NCBI GenBank assembly: GCA_951406725.2
Contig: OX597832.1
Span: 21,638,001-21,702,000 of the forward strand
DNA: 64,000 bases
From: Octopus vulgaris
Taxonomy: Eukaryota
Reading direction: 5' to 3'
Position 1 is the first letter of the stretch; every line of letters begins with the position of its first letter. The notes below the pieces were generated by a model. The model saw only the letters and a list, made by a program, of their open reading frames with translations. It was not told where the DNA came from and searched no databases. Positions 62,248 to 64,000 of this stretch are shown one piece after another. A program made the position numbers and the translations under genes.

Positions 62248-62765
62248 TATGTCTGTATGCGTGTGTATATATACACACGCACTCACACACACACAATTAT
62301 TACTAAATAATATATGTATATATAATTTTTAACTCCTTTTGTTCACATATTTCTTTTACACATGCATATATATATATATACTTACATATATACATATATA
62401 TATACATATATATAATACATATATATATATATATAAACATGTGTGTATATATATATATGTATGTATATATATAAAGATACATACGCACACATACATACAT
62501 AATGAAAGGGTATATAAAAACCAATAAATATATACAAAAATAGAAAATTAATTCTATCATTTAAAAAATACCTGAAAATATGTTTTCTTTCAATAAATAT
62601 ACAATAATTGATATAAAAAATAAAAGAACAGAAAAAATAGTGTTTGTACCTAATGAAGAGAAATTAATGTTTCGTGTTAATTTTAGTGCGTGTCACGTCT
62701 AACATCCATATGAGAGCTATCGTTGCGAAAGGGTTTCGATCTTCAGTTATATATTCGGTCATGTG

Positions 62766-63030
62766 AAGGCGCGTGGCCTAGTGGTTAAAGCGTTGCACTT
62801 ATGATCTAGCGGTCTCGAGTTCGGTTCCCGAGCCGAGTGTCGTTTCGTGTTTTTTTCAGCAGAACACTTCATGTCATGTTGTTCCGGTTCACTCAACTGT
62901 AAATTCGTAACTCTGCGACGGACTTGCCTTCTGATTGGGGAGAATGTCTGCCTGCTTGCAGGCCTTTCGAAAGCTAAAAAAAAAAAAAAAAACAGAAATC
63001 ATGCAAAGCGCATTGTAATCAGCGATGTAT
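62766..63030 (+). mobile_element. SINE family D, diverged
   Basis: gaaggcgcgtggcctagtggttaaagcg...gagttcggttccc, ...ctgcgacggact; related to 8500-8752. Confidence 0.7.
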
Positions 63031-63426
63031 AACAACATCGATTGTGATATTCATTCATAAAAGTATCGAATTTGTCCGTCGCCATTTTACTACATTTATT
63101 GCGTTATTAGATAAAGTCGTTTTTTCTATTTCTCCCCCACTGTGTTTCATTAATAGTTTTGATTAATTAGTCAGTAATATAAAGTAATGCTTCGATATAC
63201 GAGTTAATTTATTCCAGGTGACCTCTCGTAAAGTAGAGCCACAATTTCCCATAGTAGCAATGCTATTAATCGTAATTCGTTCCCTGAAAAATATTTTACG
63301 AATAAAATTTATAATACTCGTAAATAAATGCCAATAAAACAAAAGTGGAATGTAAAGAATATCTTATATAAAGTAAAAAGAATGTCGAGATCATTTATAA
63401 TACAAAATATTATTATTATTATTATT

Positions 63427-63915
63427 GAGTGAGAGAGCAGTGCATGCCATCAAAGTGACACTGGGGTAAAATATACGAAGCCCAATATACCCATCATGAC
63501 TACCCGTCTGATAAGGGTACACCAGGCACATGCATCACAACCATATGTGCGCAACATCGTGATCTCATATCAAGATAAACAGCTCATGACCTTGCAGGTG
63601 GGGCCCAGTTAGAATTTTCTTCAGGTTGAGTAGCCCATCCCGCTCAAAAGGTCCCTGAATAAGGGTTGTTTAAGGATGTTGAAAGAACCACCCATGTTTC
63701 CAGAGGTGAATTATTCAAACCCCAAAGAATCCCTCTCAACACATGGTTATGATGCTCCTCCACTACTTCTGCTCGTGATCAGAGATGCACATATCGTCAG
63801 CCACTAAGGGACATGCTCAACTGGTTAAGGTCAAACAACTGACAAGCAAATTTGTGGTATTGAGCAGAATATTTGCTGTAGCCCATCTTTTATACCAAGA
63901 CAAAACAATGTACAT

Positions 63916-63916
<1 letters not shown>
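63427..63916 (-). mobile_element. Family C (AAT-associated retroelement 3' end)
   Basis: Flanked by (ATT)n on both sides; reverse complement of 49071-49560. Confidence 0.85.

Positions 63917-64000
<84 letters not shown>

Overview
AT-rich, microsatellite-saturated eukaryotic DNA; the repeat families resemble those I recall from octopus/cephalopod genomes (inference). Nearly all supplied ORFs are simple-repeat artefacts. One real gene is visible: the 3' part of a + strand spliced gene for an unidentified coiled-coil protein, with phase-compatible exons at ~17905/17989-18167, 24212-24375, 25530-25783 and 26444-26617 and a polyA signal at 26747. The rest is a dense transposon landscape: at least four tRNA-headed SINE families, R4/Dong LINE pieces in (AAT)n, Tx1/L1 LINE ends in (GATA)n, CR1, a Penelope GIY-YIG remnant, mariner and hAT MITEs, and a non-autonomous Helitron. 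Most notable: (1) a tRNA-headed SINE-like element carrying a hammerhead ribozyme (HHR), in two inverted copies around the last exon; (2) about nine minimal type I HHR-like motifs of different sequence families; (3) a SINE sharing its 3' tail with a Tx1 LINE and inserting at GGTRT, including into itself; (4) a perfect 172-bp palindrome. All calls were made by eye; repeat boundaries are approximate.
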